Positions 34,330 through 44,942 of a stretch of 61,449 bases of DNA are shown here, piece after piece (within the stretch, counting starts at the first letter, position 1; each line of letters starts with the position of its first letter). This stretch comes from Thraustochytrium aureum. Its lineage: Eukaryota. The notes beneath the pieces were generated by a model that ran no database searches, was not told where the DNA came from, and saw only the letters and a list, made by a program, of their open reading frames with translations. The translations under genes and the position numbers were made by a program. The DNA is taken from NCBI GenBank assembly GCA_012862495.1, contig BLSG01000354.1, positions 1 to 61,449 of the forward strand. The letters run 5' to 3'.

Positions 34330-36218
34330 ACGAGGTCAATCAAGTTCACTCTGCGATCATCGCTGGCAGCTTGTGTCCCCCCTCCACGACCCTCCTCTCA
34401 GCAGTTAGGCTCCTTCTGCTCGCTCTTGAACAACTCCCCGCTTTTCCCGCTTATCCCCTCCCATTCGCACCACAACGCCGCTGTGAGGCGCATTGCGATT
34501 CACGCGTTCTCCTCGTGAGGCAGGATGTCCGCGCTGCGGCAGAATCGGAGCAGGGAGGGTGCGTCTCCTCTGCCATCTCTGGAGAGGGGATTGCGAGCTT
34601 GGGAGGAAAGGAAGGCAGCGGATTGTGAACACAGAGCGCGATGAAGCAGAGGAAGAAGAANNNNNNNNNNNNNNNNNNNNNNNNNNNNNNNNNNNNNNNN
34701 NNNNNNNNNNNNNNNNNNNNNNNNNNNNNNNNNNNNNNNNNNNNNNNNNNNNNNNNNNNNNNNNNNNNNNNNNNNNNNNNNNNNNNNNNNNNNNNNNNNN
34801 NNNNNNNNNNNNNNNNNNNNNNNNNNNNNNNNNNNNNNNNNNNNNNNNNNNNNNNNNNNNNNNNNNNNNNNNNNNNNNNNNNNNNNNNNNNNNNNNNNNN
34901 NNNNNNNNNNNNNNNNNNNNNNNNNNNNNNNNNNNNNNNNNNNNNNNNNNNNNNNNNNNNNNNNNNNNNNNNNNNNNNNNNNNNNNNNNNNNNNNNNNNN
35001 NNNNNNNNNNNNNNNNNNNNNNNNNNNNNNNNNNNNNNNNNNNNNNNNNNNNNNNNNNNNNNNNNNNNNNNNNNNNNNNNNNNNNNNNNNNNNNNNNNNN
35101 NNNNNNNNNNNNNNNNNNNNNNNNNNNNNNNNNNNNNNNNNNNNNNNNNNNNNNNNNNNNNNNNNNNNNNNNNNNNNNNNNNNNNNNNNNNNNNNNNNNN
35201 NNNNNNNNNNNNNNNNNNNNNNNNNNNNNNNNNNNNNNNNNNNNNNNNNNNNNNNNNNNNNNNNNNNNNNNNNNNNNNNNNNNNNNNNNNNNNNNNNNNN
35301 NNNNNNNNNNNNNNNNNNNNNNNNNNNNNNNNNNNNNNNNNNNNNNNNNNNNNNNNNNNNNNNNNNNNNNNNNNNNNNNNNNNNNNNNNNNNNNNNNNNN
35401 NNNNNNNNNNNNNNNNNNNNNNNNNNNNNNNNNNNNNNNNNNNNNNNNNNNNNNNNNNNNNNNNNNNNNNNNNNNNNNNNNNNNNNCCGACCCTTGGGCA
35501 GAGACCGCCGCCTCGCCCCGCGCCAAGCTCGGCAAGTCGACCTTGGCGCAGCGCGAGCTCCGCGCGGCTCGCCAACAGCGCGAGCGCGACGCCGAGATTG
35601 TAGAGATGTTATGAAAAAAGTAAGGAAAGATGGCTGCCGTCAGCCAGTCAAGAGATTCCGCGGTCCCAACAACCATCGATCGCTGCACAACCTCTTCGCG
35701 TTCAACGGCCACACAGTTCTCGCAACTGCGGTCCCAACTGCGCCCGCAGTTGCACAAATGCCCGGGCCACTTGTGGCGAACAGGCTCGAAACCTTTGGCG
35801 TTGGCGGCGGCGTTGGCGGCGGCGGCGGCGGCTGCTTCTGTCGCCGCTGCAACCGAACAAGCTCGGATGCTCCAACCCACCGCCGCGCTCGCATAGCTGG
35901 AGGAGCGACGCGCCGCTTTCCGGGCATACCTTGCGGAAAACGCCGCGCAGTTTTGCCATTCGGGAAGGACAGAGGTTGAGCCCGTCCGTCTGGGACATAA
36001 TTCCGCGGCGCGCTTCCGAACGTCCACGCGGCCTTGCCAGAACTCCAACTCGAAAGCTTTCTTGATTTTGATTGATGAGAACGAGCAAAGAGCGAGCGCG
36101 TTGGCCAAAGAATTCTGCAGTAGACATCAGGCCAAGCCAGTTCGAAAACATCCATCCCGTGCGCGGCTTGTCAAAAAAGAAAGCAGTCCCCGGCGGGCTG
36201 CTCTGTTGCTCTTGAAGA

Positions 36219-37436
36219 ATGTCGGGCCGACTTGCAGACTCGAGCGCGGGGGCGTCCACCGTGGCCGCTGTCGCAGCCGCAACCATGCTCGTCGGCATCG
36301 CAGTCGGCGCCGTGGTCACGTCGCGGGCGCTTAAAACCGCGGTGCCTACTGACATCGAACGGCTCGTGCACGAGGCCGACGCATTCGAACAGCTGGTTGG
36401 CCGCCGCGAGTGCAAACTCGGCAACGACCTCAACAAAGAGTTGAGCGACATATCGACACGTGTGCTGCAGTACGCATTCGACCGTCTCGACCGAGAAAAG
36501 CTCGGCTATCTCACCCGAGAGCAGCTGCGGCGCGGGTTCGTGGAGGATCGCTTCGGCAAGGCCCTCTTCGAACGGTACTGCAAGCGCACAGTTGACCAGG
36601 TCGTCGCCTCAATGGACCGCGACGGAGACGGCCGAATAACGCTGGGCGAGTTTCTCCTCTTTTTCGAGCAGCGCTCCTCCGTCTCCGTCTCATACCACTA
36701 CGGCTGCCTCAGCGCCATGAACTTTGCCAAGGCGGAAGACCGACACGTGTGGGGCTACAAGGGCGTGATTGGCCCGAAGAACTGGTCTCGGCTCAGCACC
36801 AAGAACGCCGCGGCGTCTTCCGGCACGCAGCAGAGCCCGATCAACGTGCTTTCGAGCAAGCTCAAGCTTGCCGAAGATCTCCCGCCGCTCCAGTTCGTGG
36901 CCTCGCCCTCGGCGCATGGCACCTTGGTGGAGAACGGCCACACGCTGGTGATGAACTTTCAAGGCGAGGCTGCAAGGCTTGTCGTGGACGGCCGCGCGTA
37001 CCAGCTCAAGCAGTTCCACTTTCACTCTGAAAGCGAGCATCTCCTGGACGGAATGCGCTTTCCGCTCGAGCTGCACCTCGTCCACATTGCCGAGGACGGC
37101 TCAAACGCGATCGCTGTGGTCGGCGTTCTCTTCCGGATCGGCAAGCCCTGCGCGTTTCTTGGGCAGTTCTCCTCCCGAGCAGCTGAGGTGCGCGACAAGG
37201 GTTCCGTGGTCCTTCAGAACGTTTCCTTTGACCACCTCAACATCCACCATGCGCACACCGTTCGGTACGACGGCAGCCTGACGACGCCACCGTGCTCGGA
37301 AGGCGTCAAGTGGACACTCCTCCGCGAACCATGTGAGCTATCCGAGGCCCAGCTGAGCGAGATTACAGCGCTAATGCCTCTGCGCAACTTTCGGCCGGTC
37401 CAGCCTCTTAATGGCCGGGATTTACTGGCCAGTTGA
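36219..37436 (+). CDS. Alpha-carbonic anhydrase fused to an N-terminal TM anchor and an EF-hand pair
   Basis: TM ATMLVGIAVGAVVT; EF hands DRLDREKLGYLTREQL (degenerate) and DRDGDGRITLGEF (canonical); alpha-CA WGY..GPKNW, QSPIN, NGHT, QFHFHSESEH..ELHLVH (three Zn His), GSLTTPPCSEGVKW and NFRPVQPLNGR. Confidence 0.93.
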   Translation: MSGRLADSSAGASTVAAVAAATMLVGIAVGAVVTSRALKTAVPTDIERLVHEADAFEQLVGRRECKLGNDLNKELSDISTRVLQYAFDRLDREKLGYLTREQLRRGFVEDRFGKALFERYCKRTVDQVVASMDRDGDGRITLGEFLLFFEQRSSVSVSYHYGCLSAMNFAKAEDRHVWGYKGVIGPKNWSRLSTKNAAASSGTQQSPINVLSSKLKLAEDLPPLQFVASPSAHGTLVENGHTLVMNFQGEAARLVVDGRAYQLKQFHFHSESEHLLDGMRFPLELHLVHIAEDGSNAIAVVGVLFRIGKPCAFLGQFSSRAAEVRDKGSVVLQNVSFDHLNIHHAHTVRYDGSLTTPPCSEGVKWTLLREPCELSEAQLSEITALMPLRNFRPVQPLNGRDLLAS

Positions 37437-38185
37437 CCCGAGCTGGGGCGCACGCTGCGCAGAGGCCGGGAGGGTTGATTTGCGCTTGCACGGGCCTGGT
37501 TCGCGGACGACCGTCAGCGCGGGCTATTCCATCGTCGCGGTAGAATGTGAATAGGACCTCTACTAGTAGAGAGTGAAAGACCTAGACTTCTTAACTTGCT
37601 CTCCGTAGTCCCGCTTCATGCGCTTNNNNNNNNNNNNNNNNNNNNNNNNNNNNNNNNNNNNNNNNNNNNNNNNNNNNNNNNNNNNNNNNNNNNNNNNNNN
37701 NNNNNNNNNNNNNNNNNNNNNNNNNNNNNNNNNNNNNNNNNNNNNNNNNNNNNNNNNNNNNNNNNNNNNNNNNNNNNNNNNNNNNNNNNNNNNNNNNNNN
37801 NNNNNNATTCGGCCCGTGTCCGTCCCGAGGGCAACGGCCATTCGCGCATGTAGAGTTGAGTCAGTGGCAGGCAACGAGGTTGGGTCGCCTCGCATCGACG
37901 GCTAGCTCGAGCAAAAACTGCAGACCAGCTCGCCACCGTCCTCGCGCTCGAAAGCACGAGCTGCGCTGCGCAAGGCAGTCCGAAGAGCAGCTGGCAGCAG
38001 CACAAGACGCGCGAGCAGGCTCGGCAAGTTGTTGCGCGGCAGCCCCACCCAAAGACAAGCGGACTGCGCCAGCGAGGCGCCGAAAGCTGCGCACGTCTGG
38101 CGCGCGGCACGAACGAGACGCTTTGGCGCGCGTGCCAGCGGCACGCCGCCTTGCGAGGCGAAGGCTGCTGGCTGGCCGAGAAAGA

Positions 38186-39037
38186 ATGGCAAACACTTCA
38201 GAGTTTGACTTTTCGTCGGCCTCGACGCAGCGATCAGACTACGGGTGGTTTCCTCGCGAGCGCGAAGGGAACAGAAAGCGGCTCGCACAGGCTGGAGCAA
38301 GGCCAACACGCTCAGGGTCTCAAGTCTTGCTAGGATACAATGCTTATGCTTCAGAGTCTGGATGGGAGTCCACGTCTAGAGCACAGTTTGCAGATTTTGG
38401 CCATCAAGGCGACCTCGGCAAGCGAGGCGTCCCCAAGCGTGACCTCAAAGCGCGGAACAGAGCTCTGGAAGGCGGCGCAAAAGCCGTTCTCCAGCCGAGC
38501 AACGGGGCAGAGCCCTCTGTGTCGCACACGCGGCAAACCTATTCCGAGCTTAGCGGGTGTGGTGTCTTTCGCGGGTCGGCCCGGCACGAGTCAAAGCCTC
38601 GTCCAAGAGGCGAAAGCATATTTCCCGAGATTCCAAGTGCCTTGACTGGCACGGACACCTTTACGTCTCATGCCCGCTCCGAGTTCCAGAAGTTTTCTAG
38701 CGTGCGTCAATCTAGGAACGAGCAGACTGCGCGAGAAAAGCAAGCCAGCTCCACACAGCCAGGAATGCCATGGGTAACTGGCTCTGCAGACGGCCTCTAC
38801 AGCCGAACAGGGACGAGCGCATCGCGGTCAGACTTTGGCGCCAACCTGGAAGCAGGGCATCGAAGGCGGAACGGACCGCGGGACGTGTCTGGGCTTGTGA
38901 GCAAGGCAGCAGCATCGCGCGGTACAGCTGCAGTGTTGGCAAGTTCCAACTACTTTGACACCTATACGACGACGACGCGATCCGAGTTCCAAGCGTTCAG
39001 CCGCTGCCGCGAGGCCAAGCCCGTTTCCAAGCCATGA
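38186..39037 (+). CDS. Low-complexity protein with six Mn-like (SAXO/MAP6-type) motifs; probable microtubule inner protein
   Basis: Recurrent [TS]-[TSH]-x-R-x-x-[FY] motifs: STQRSDY, STSRAQF, SHTRQTY, SHARSEF, SASRSDF, TTTRSEF. Confidence 0.6.
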   Translation: MANTSEFDFSSASTQRSDYGWFPREREGNRKRLAQAGARPTRSGSQVLLGYNAYASESGWESTSRAQFADFGHQGDLGKRGVPKRDLKARNRALEGGAKAVLQPSNGAEPSVSHTRQTYSELSGCGVFRGSARHESKPRPRGESIFPEIPSALTGTDTFTSHARSEFQKFSSVRQSRNEQTAREKQASSTQPGMPWVTGSADGLYSRTGTSASRSDFGANLEAGHRRRNGPRDVSGLVSKAAASRGTAAVLASSNYFDTYTTTTRSEFQAFSRCREAKPVSKP

Positions 39038-39900
39038 TGAGCCGGTCGGTTGGGCAGTTTGCCGAATGCGCTTCCTTTCGATGTTGCATGGTGTTGCTGG
39101 GTTATCTCTCACGCTAGAGGACCTTGATGTATTTTTTCGTGTCGTGCGAGAGAGCGCGCGCAACCGAGCTGCGTGCGACCGACCGGTACGCTCTCGGAGC
39201 TCGGTTGCGCTTGGGTGCCCTTCCTCCAATTGTAAACCTGTCTACTTACGAACAAACACACTTGCCCTTTGTCCCTATTCCGAGCACGGCTAGGTCACGT
39301 CGACCCGCCAGCCAACCGAGGTACTTCCATGACAATCGAACCCGGCCAGGTCAACCAAGCAAACCTAAGCTCTGCAGACTCTTGGGGCCGGTCAACTCTT
39401 CACGCTTGGCGCGGTTGAGGCCAGCAAAGGCAACGCAGTTTGCTTTGTTGACGACCGCGATCGCGCTTCAAGAGGCTGGCGTGATGGACCACTTTTGGCG
39501 CAGGCATTTGACGAGGCAATCGTGCTCGGGCGGCGAACCTAATTGGGTAGTTTGCGAGTTGCCCTGGCTTGGCAGCGCACGCGTTAGTCTCGCTGCCGCC
39601 ACCACAATCGAAGAGGGGTCCCGGAGAAGTGGCGCGCAAAAATCGCTGCCTCGTGTTGGCAATGAGCGAACAGCAGGTAACCTTCGCTTCGCGCGCGCAG
39701 CTAACGACACAGATTGCCGTATTCAGCGTCCAGGTGGCTGGCTGTGCAACGAGTGGGTGTGATTTGGGAGTAATAAAATGAGGCGGCAGCTGCGAATCGA
39801 TTTGACTGCGAAACGCTGATTTTCAATAGACAGGAACAGCAGTTGAGCAACGCACGCACGCAAGATACAACCAACACCGCTCTCGCTTGGAGCTTGGATG

Positions 39901-39978
39901 GACATGTGACTTATTCTCTGTCTCCAGATTCTGCGAGCGGACATGTGACTTATTCTCTGTCTCCAGATTCTGCGAGCG
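39901..39978. repeat. Perfect 39-bp direct tandem duplication just downstream of the kinase gene stop
   Basis: GACATGTGACTTATTCTCTGTCTCCAGATTCTGCGAGCG at 39901-39939 and again at 39940-39978. Confidence 0.92.
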
Positions 39979-39994
39979 GGCGTCGCAGAAGTTG

Positions 39995-42900
39995 CTAGCG
40001 GCTACTCGAGGTTTTCGAGCAGCAGGTTTCGCACAGCCGGCACTCGGAGCACTCTCGCGCGCCCGTATACCGCGAGCTGGATGGCCCAAGGTAGTGACAG
40101 GAAGGGCACGTCGCGGTCTCGACGTAATCGCGCAGGGAGTGTCCAGAGCTGCACTTGCGCTCAAATACCAAGCTGTCCATGTTCACGTTGTATGCGTAGC
40201 GTCCCACAGCCGCCACCACCTTGTCAAACTTGATCCGCGCAAAGTTATCCGAGGAGAGTCCGCCTGAAGTGTCCCCCGTCCGAACGCCCTGGTGCTTGAA
40301 CCCGATTAGCGTCCCCGCGCCGAGCGTGCTATGGCTCACACGAACACCAACCGCGAGCCAGGGGTGCGGCTGTCCGTTCACCAAAAGCGCGCCCCCACCT
40401 TTGTCAATGTGCGGAGGAGCAACCTGGATGGCCCCCTCTGTGTACCAATAGGTTGCCCCGGTTTGCTCGCCTTGGCTGTTGACCTTGGCGACGCGAAATG
40501 GGACACTGGAGCTGTCGTCTGTCAGCACGACGCCGATTTCGCCCTTGGCTAGTATGCCGCGGGGGCCCTCGTACTCTGAGGCGACGCAAACAAAGTCGCC
40601 CACGCGTGGCCGGGCAGCGACCACTTCTGACTCCCTGTACCAGTAAGAGGAGTGAGAAACGGGCTGGCCCTTCGCGTCCAGCCTGTGCACCATGTACGGC
40701 TGTGTGTCGTGGTCGTCTTGAACAATGACGCCAGTCGCGCCGTGCTGGAGGCAGCCGCCGCTTGCGCCTTGGGCGAGTCTCACGCGGTCGCCCACTGTCA
40801 GGCGCGAATTCGACGTATGCGCCACATGGGCCAATTCGACCACTTCGATGTCTTTCTCTGCGTAAGAGTGGGTCTGCCCAGTTTTGACGTTGCCCGCGCC
40901 GAGGCGAACAACTCGAAAGGGTGTGGCGCCACCTTCGACTGCTTCAACGACGCCGATAGCGCCACCGCCAAGGACTCCAAGATTGGAGCTCGGGTTGCTC
41001 AGCTTGACCCGATCGCCAGCCTTGGCGCGGAGGAGGACGAGCTCCATTTCGGAAGCCTCCGCGGTCCACATGTCTTGCTCTGGAAAGTTGACCTTGAGCG
41101 TGCCGTTCTCGCCGACGAGCTTGACGACGCCGACAGACGCGTGTGACACGGCGCCCCACTTGTGCACGGGCACCTTCACTGTCGCCTTGACCCTCACTGC
41201 GTCTCCAATCTTGAACTTGTGGACCGGTGTGACTGTAGTGACGTCCAAGTCCCCGCCTTTTCCAACCACCTCCAGCTCCGACACGAGGCCGCGCCAGTCC
41301 GATTGCTCAGGGAAGTTGACAAGCACGACATCAGCCGAAATGACGGTTTTGACGACACCTTCCGACTGGTGAGATGCAGAGCCCCAGCCGTACCTCGGCT
41401 CATGCACGCTCTTCTTGACCTTGACCCTGGTGACCCCGGCGTGCAGGGATGGCTTTCGGCTGGGCAAGACGGCCGCGATCACGCCTTCAATCGAGGGGAT
41501 GTTGGAGGATCGCTTCTTTGTCTGCTGGGCCGGAGAATCCGCCTTCCCGCTCTCCGAGACACTCGGTCGCACCAGCTTGACGAGGCCCTGGATAATTTTG
41601 GTGCTCCGCCGGCTTCGGCCAGCAGCTTCAAGTGTGCGCACGACCTCCTTGGCGGTGAAACGCTCGCGGAAGTCGGTGGTCCAGCAACTCTGCACGACCT
41701 TTTGAAGTCTGTTGGTCCACATCACATCCTCCCCAAAAGGCAGGCGCTCGCCGGCTTGGACTTGCCTTGCGATGGACGGCGGCCCCGCTGTTCCCCACGG
41801 CCTTTCGCGAACGACGACCTCCCACACTGTGATCGCGAACGCGTACATGTCTGCTCCAGTGCTCCAGTGCGCGGGCTCCTCGAGGACCTCTGGGGCCATG
41901 TAAGGCCAGCTGCCGCGGACCGCGCTGGTGCCTGCCAGCGTGGCGGCCTCGTTCTTAACAGTTGCGAGGCCAAAGTCGGTCAACTTGACCTTGCCGAGCG
42001 CATGGCTCATGAGAACGTTGGCCGGCTTTACGTCACGATGGAGCACGCTGTTGCTGTGCAAGTAGGCAAGGCCCCGCGCGATGCCTATCACAATGGCGTT
42101 CTGTTGAATCGCACTGAGGTCCACCTCAGAGTCGTGAATGAGGTCCTCGAGGCACAGGTCGCACTTCTCAATGACGAGTAGCACGCTCGAGTCTTTGATG
42201 CAGTGCCCGAAGAGCTTGACGATATTGGCGTGGTCGAGCGTCTTCCAGTGCTGCGCCTCGGCCAGCATGCTCTGCTGCATCTCGGACTGCATTTTTTTCT
42301 GCGCGAGGTGGCACCTCTTGACCGCGACAGTCTTGTCCTTCCAGCGTCCCAGCAAAACGAGTCCGAAAGCGCCGCGGCCGAGCACCGTCCTCTCGTCCAC
42401 CTCAACGTCGCTGGCTTGAAGGCCCGACATTGGCATCATTTTCGTGCGCGAGATGGTCGCCGCCAACTTGGCCATGGTCTTGTGCACCCTGCTCGAGCTG
42501 ATGGGGCGGCGCAGTTCGCGGTCGATCTCACCGGCGGAGAGGCCTGCCAAAGACTCTTGCAAGGCCTTGGCCTCTTCTCCTACCTCCTCGTCGTGGACGG
42601 TCTCCAGCAGGGCCTTGTGCAAAGAAGCAATGTCCTCCGGGAGGTCGAGCTCGTTCTCAGAGGCTTGGTCTTGGGCGAGGCGCTCGACGATCGCGTCGAG
42701 CTTTGCTTCAATGTCATTTTGCTGGGCGAGTTGGTAGCCCTCCACCAGGCGGCGCAGCTCAATCTCGAGCTCGTCGAGCTTGGTCGAGTGCTTCCTAGAG
42801 GCAAACACGCTCAGCACCCTGGCGAAGGCGCTCTGGCCCTCGAGCTGCTGGGCGACATACCGCATCTCCAGTAGCACCCGCTCGATTTCGACGGCTACGC

Positions 42901-43054
42901 CGCGGCGCACTTTCATGCGCTTGAGCTCTTCCTCGACCAGCCCGAGGTAGCTTCGCAGGCGCTTGGCCTTGTGTTTGAGGACCTTGGCGTCCGACAGGCG
43001 GCTCATCAGCTCGCCGACGAGCCGGACGGCACTCACGGCCTCCACGATCTCCAT
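39995..43054 (-). CDS. MLKL-like protein: N-terminal four-helix bundle + brace/coiled region + TKL kinase + 2 HERC2/KEG-type SH3 repeats + 3 further SH3-like repeats + Tudor-like module + Cys-rich C-terminus (1019 aa)
   Basis: Uninterrupted ORF. Kinase LGRGAFG, VAVK, HRDVKPAN, DFG, YMAPE. Repeats such as FKIGDAVRVKATVKVPVHKWGAVSHASVGVV..VNFPEQDMWTAEASEMELV. N-terminal amphipathic helical pattern as in MLKL_NTD. C-terminal CSSGH..CPSCH..CSECRLCETCC. Confidence 0.88.
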   Translation of the reverse strand: MEIVEAVSAVRLVGELMSRLSDAKVLKHKAKRLRSYLGLVEEELKRMKVRRGVAVEIERVLLEMRYVAQQLEGQSAFARVLSVFASRKHSTKLDELEIELRRLVEGYQLAQQNDIEAKLDAIVERLAQDQASENELDLPEDIASLHKALLETVHDEEVGEEAKALQESLAGLSAGEIDRELRRPISSSRVHKTMAKLAATISRTKMMPMSGLQASDVEVDERTVLGRGAFGLVLLGRWKDKTVAVKRCHLAQKKMQSEMQQSMLAEAQHWKTLDHANIVKLFGHCIKDSSVLLVIEKCDLCLEDLIHDSEVDLSAIQQNAIVIGIARGLAYLHSNSVLHRDVKPANVLMSHALGKVKLTDFGLATVKNEAATLAGTSAVRGSWPYMAPEVLEEPAHWSTGADMYAFAITVWEVVVRERPWGTAGPPSIARQVQAGERLPFGEDVMWTNRLQKVVQSCWTTDFRERFTAKEVVRTLEAAGRSRRSTKIIQGLVKLVRPSVSESGKADSPAQQTKKRSSNIPSIEGVIAAVLPSRKPSLHAGVTRVKVKKSVHEPRYGWGSASHQSEGVVKTVISADVVLVNFPEQSDWRGLVSELEVVGKGGDLDVTTVTPVHKFKIGDAVRVKATVKVPVHKWGAVSHASVGVVKLVGENGTLKVNFPEQDMWTAEASEMELVLLRAKAGDRVKLSNPSSNLGVLGGGAIGVVEAVEGGATPFRVVRLGAGNVKTGQTHSYAEKDIEVVELAHVAHTSNSRLTVGDRVRLAQGASGGCLQHGATGVIVQDDHDTQPYMVHRLDAKGQPVSHSSYWYRESEVVAARPRVGDFVCVASEYEGPRGILAKGEIGVVLTDDSSSVPFRVAKVNSQGEQTGATYWYTEGAIQVAPPHIDKGGGALLVNGQPHPWLAVGVRVSHSTLGAGTLIGFKHQGVRTGDTSGGLSSDNFARIKFDKVVAAVGRYAYNVNMDSLVFERKCSSGHSLRDYVETATCPSCHYLGPSSSRYTGARECSECRLCETCCSKTSSSR

Positions 43055-44942
43055 CGCGCTCTCGACCTCTGTGCGGGCCCACGCCGCCTTGCTCGCGCTT
43101 CGCTCGCACCTGCCCTCGAGCTGCTAGTCCAATTGGCTCTGCGCCAGCGGGGGAAATTGTTGGTCAACCCCACGTGCGCTGCGCAACTCGAGGTAGGTAT
43201 CGCTCGCGCGCAGCGGGTGTGCAACGATGCAGAGTTCAACCTGAAGTCGGACTTGGCCAGTGCACACCACCTTCTCGGCTTGGCGATGACAAGCTTGAGC
43301 TTGGCGATGACGACGGCCAGCCAGCGAGCGCCACTGGCAGGCTGACTGGCGATGCGTGTACTAGTAGAGTAAGTACACTCCAGTAAAGTAAGTACCATCC
43401 ACTACTCCGCGTACACTGTGTCCCTTCCGCTCGGGCGCTCGAGCAGCGGGGTGCATTGCCGCTTGCTGGTCAAGGACTCTTGGCTGGTTTGGCTGGCTAT
43501 TGCTTGCCCCGCTCCGTCGTGCTCGCGACACACGCCGCCGCGGCGAGTGCGGGCTGGGCTTGGTCCGAGCGCGACCCTGCGCGAGGCACAGCGTTTCGGA
43601 ACTCGAATTGCGTCGCAAATGACTTCTAGGCAAGTAGCACGGACCCACCCGCAAAGACGCTGGCCGCCGTACTCGGTACGCCCTCCTTGGCCAGTGCGGA
43701 CCGCGCGGCAGCATGATGAGGCCTATTGATTGAGTCTTCCAGCCCAGTCCTGCGGCCAACCGAATGAGTCAGCAAGTCATATTTATTTGCCCAGGAGAAA
43801 ATGGACAGCGCCAACGACCGGAACGCCAACCCCCAGACGCGTAATCAACACGGCAGTAAGGGTCATCAGCTCCGCCCAGCTCTGCCCTGGTCTTGCCGTG
43901 CCAGATTGGCCCTCTTTCAGTGCGAAATTCGACGGTACGGCGCGGCCACCCGCAAGGTCTCAGCGTGACATCATCGATGCCAAGCAAGGCGCGCCCAAGT
44001 TGCGGTGAGATGAACGCGTAGCGAACAGCACGAGTCCGCCGAGCGAGACCCAGACGCCGAACCGGTCCACGGCACGGATCTTACGAGCGAATTGCCCCGG
44101 TGACGACAATGTCCTCGACGAATGTCAAGAGGCGGGCGGGCCCCTGCCGTCCATGGCCACGTTGATCGTGTTCGGTGCCCAGCCCAGCCCAGCGCATCGC
44201 GGCGTCCGCGAGGCTTCCGGCGCCCTGACGACGAAGACCAGCCCAGCGACGCAGGCGCGCCCTTTGCCGAGGAAGGAAGGACGTTCGTTGCCCGTACGTG
44301 CCAAGTCCGCGCGTAACTCGTCCAAGACCGCGCGGTCGACCAAGCACCTGAAGAGCGTCGACGCCGACCACCGCGATCCCCAGCGCGCACGCGCACGCGG
44401 CGTCCACCTCCACGTCCGCGGCAGCCAGACCGGCGCTGGGCGTGCTCGGGAAAGCAGGGCAGGTGGACTTGCGTGACACGTCATGTTGATTGAAAAAGTG
44501 GTTGGGGCCTTGGACGCACTTCGGCGTTGGTAGACCCGCGAGCGGCGCGAGTGAGTACTAACCTACGGCGGCAGAGTACGGCGGGCCCGCGCACTGCTTC
44601 GGCCGGCCGGCCGGCAGGCGCTCGCGCAGACAGGCCTGCGCGCGGGCTGGCTGTCTCTCTAGCTGGTAGAGGTTGAGGGACTCTCTTGAGCTTGGCGGCG
44701 AAGCGAGGTGCGCGGGATTCGCGCGGTCGGTGAGACGGTTGCAAGGGCGCAGCCGCGACAACGAGCGGCGCCTGCTGCTGGCGGGACTGCCGCGGCGGGG
44801 CCAGCGGGCTCCGGCGTTCTGCACAAGTGCTGGCGCTTGGCTGGCTGCGCCCGACACGACAGGGCCGGGCCGTGGACGTTGAGCAGGCTGCGCACGAGAT
44901 CCTCGTGGATACGTGTAGGCTCCCAGCGCCAGTGCGGCCGCG

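Noticed and set aside
35488..36155. Possible gene(s) upstream of the carbonic anhydrase (open frames on both strands, poly-Ala/Pro run)
   Set aside because: No recognisable domain, conflicting frames and an adjacent gap, so a call cannot be supported.
43400..44900. Coding-like fragments between the kinase and ArfGAP genes
   Set aside because: Short ORFs in several frames with no motif. They may be decayed sequence, but no parent gene could be identified.
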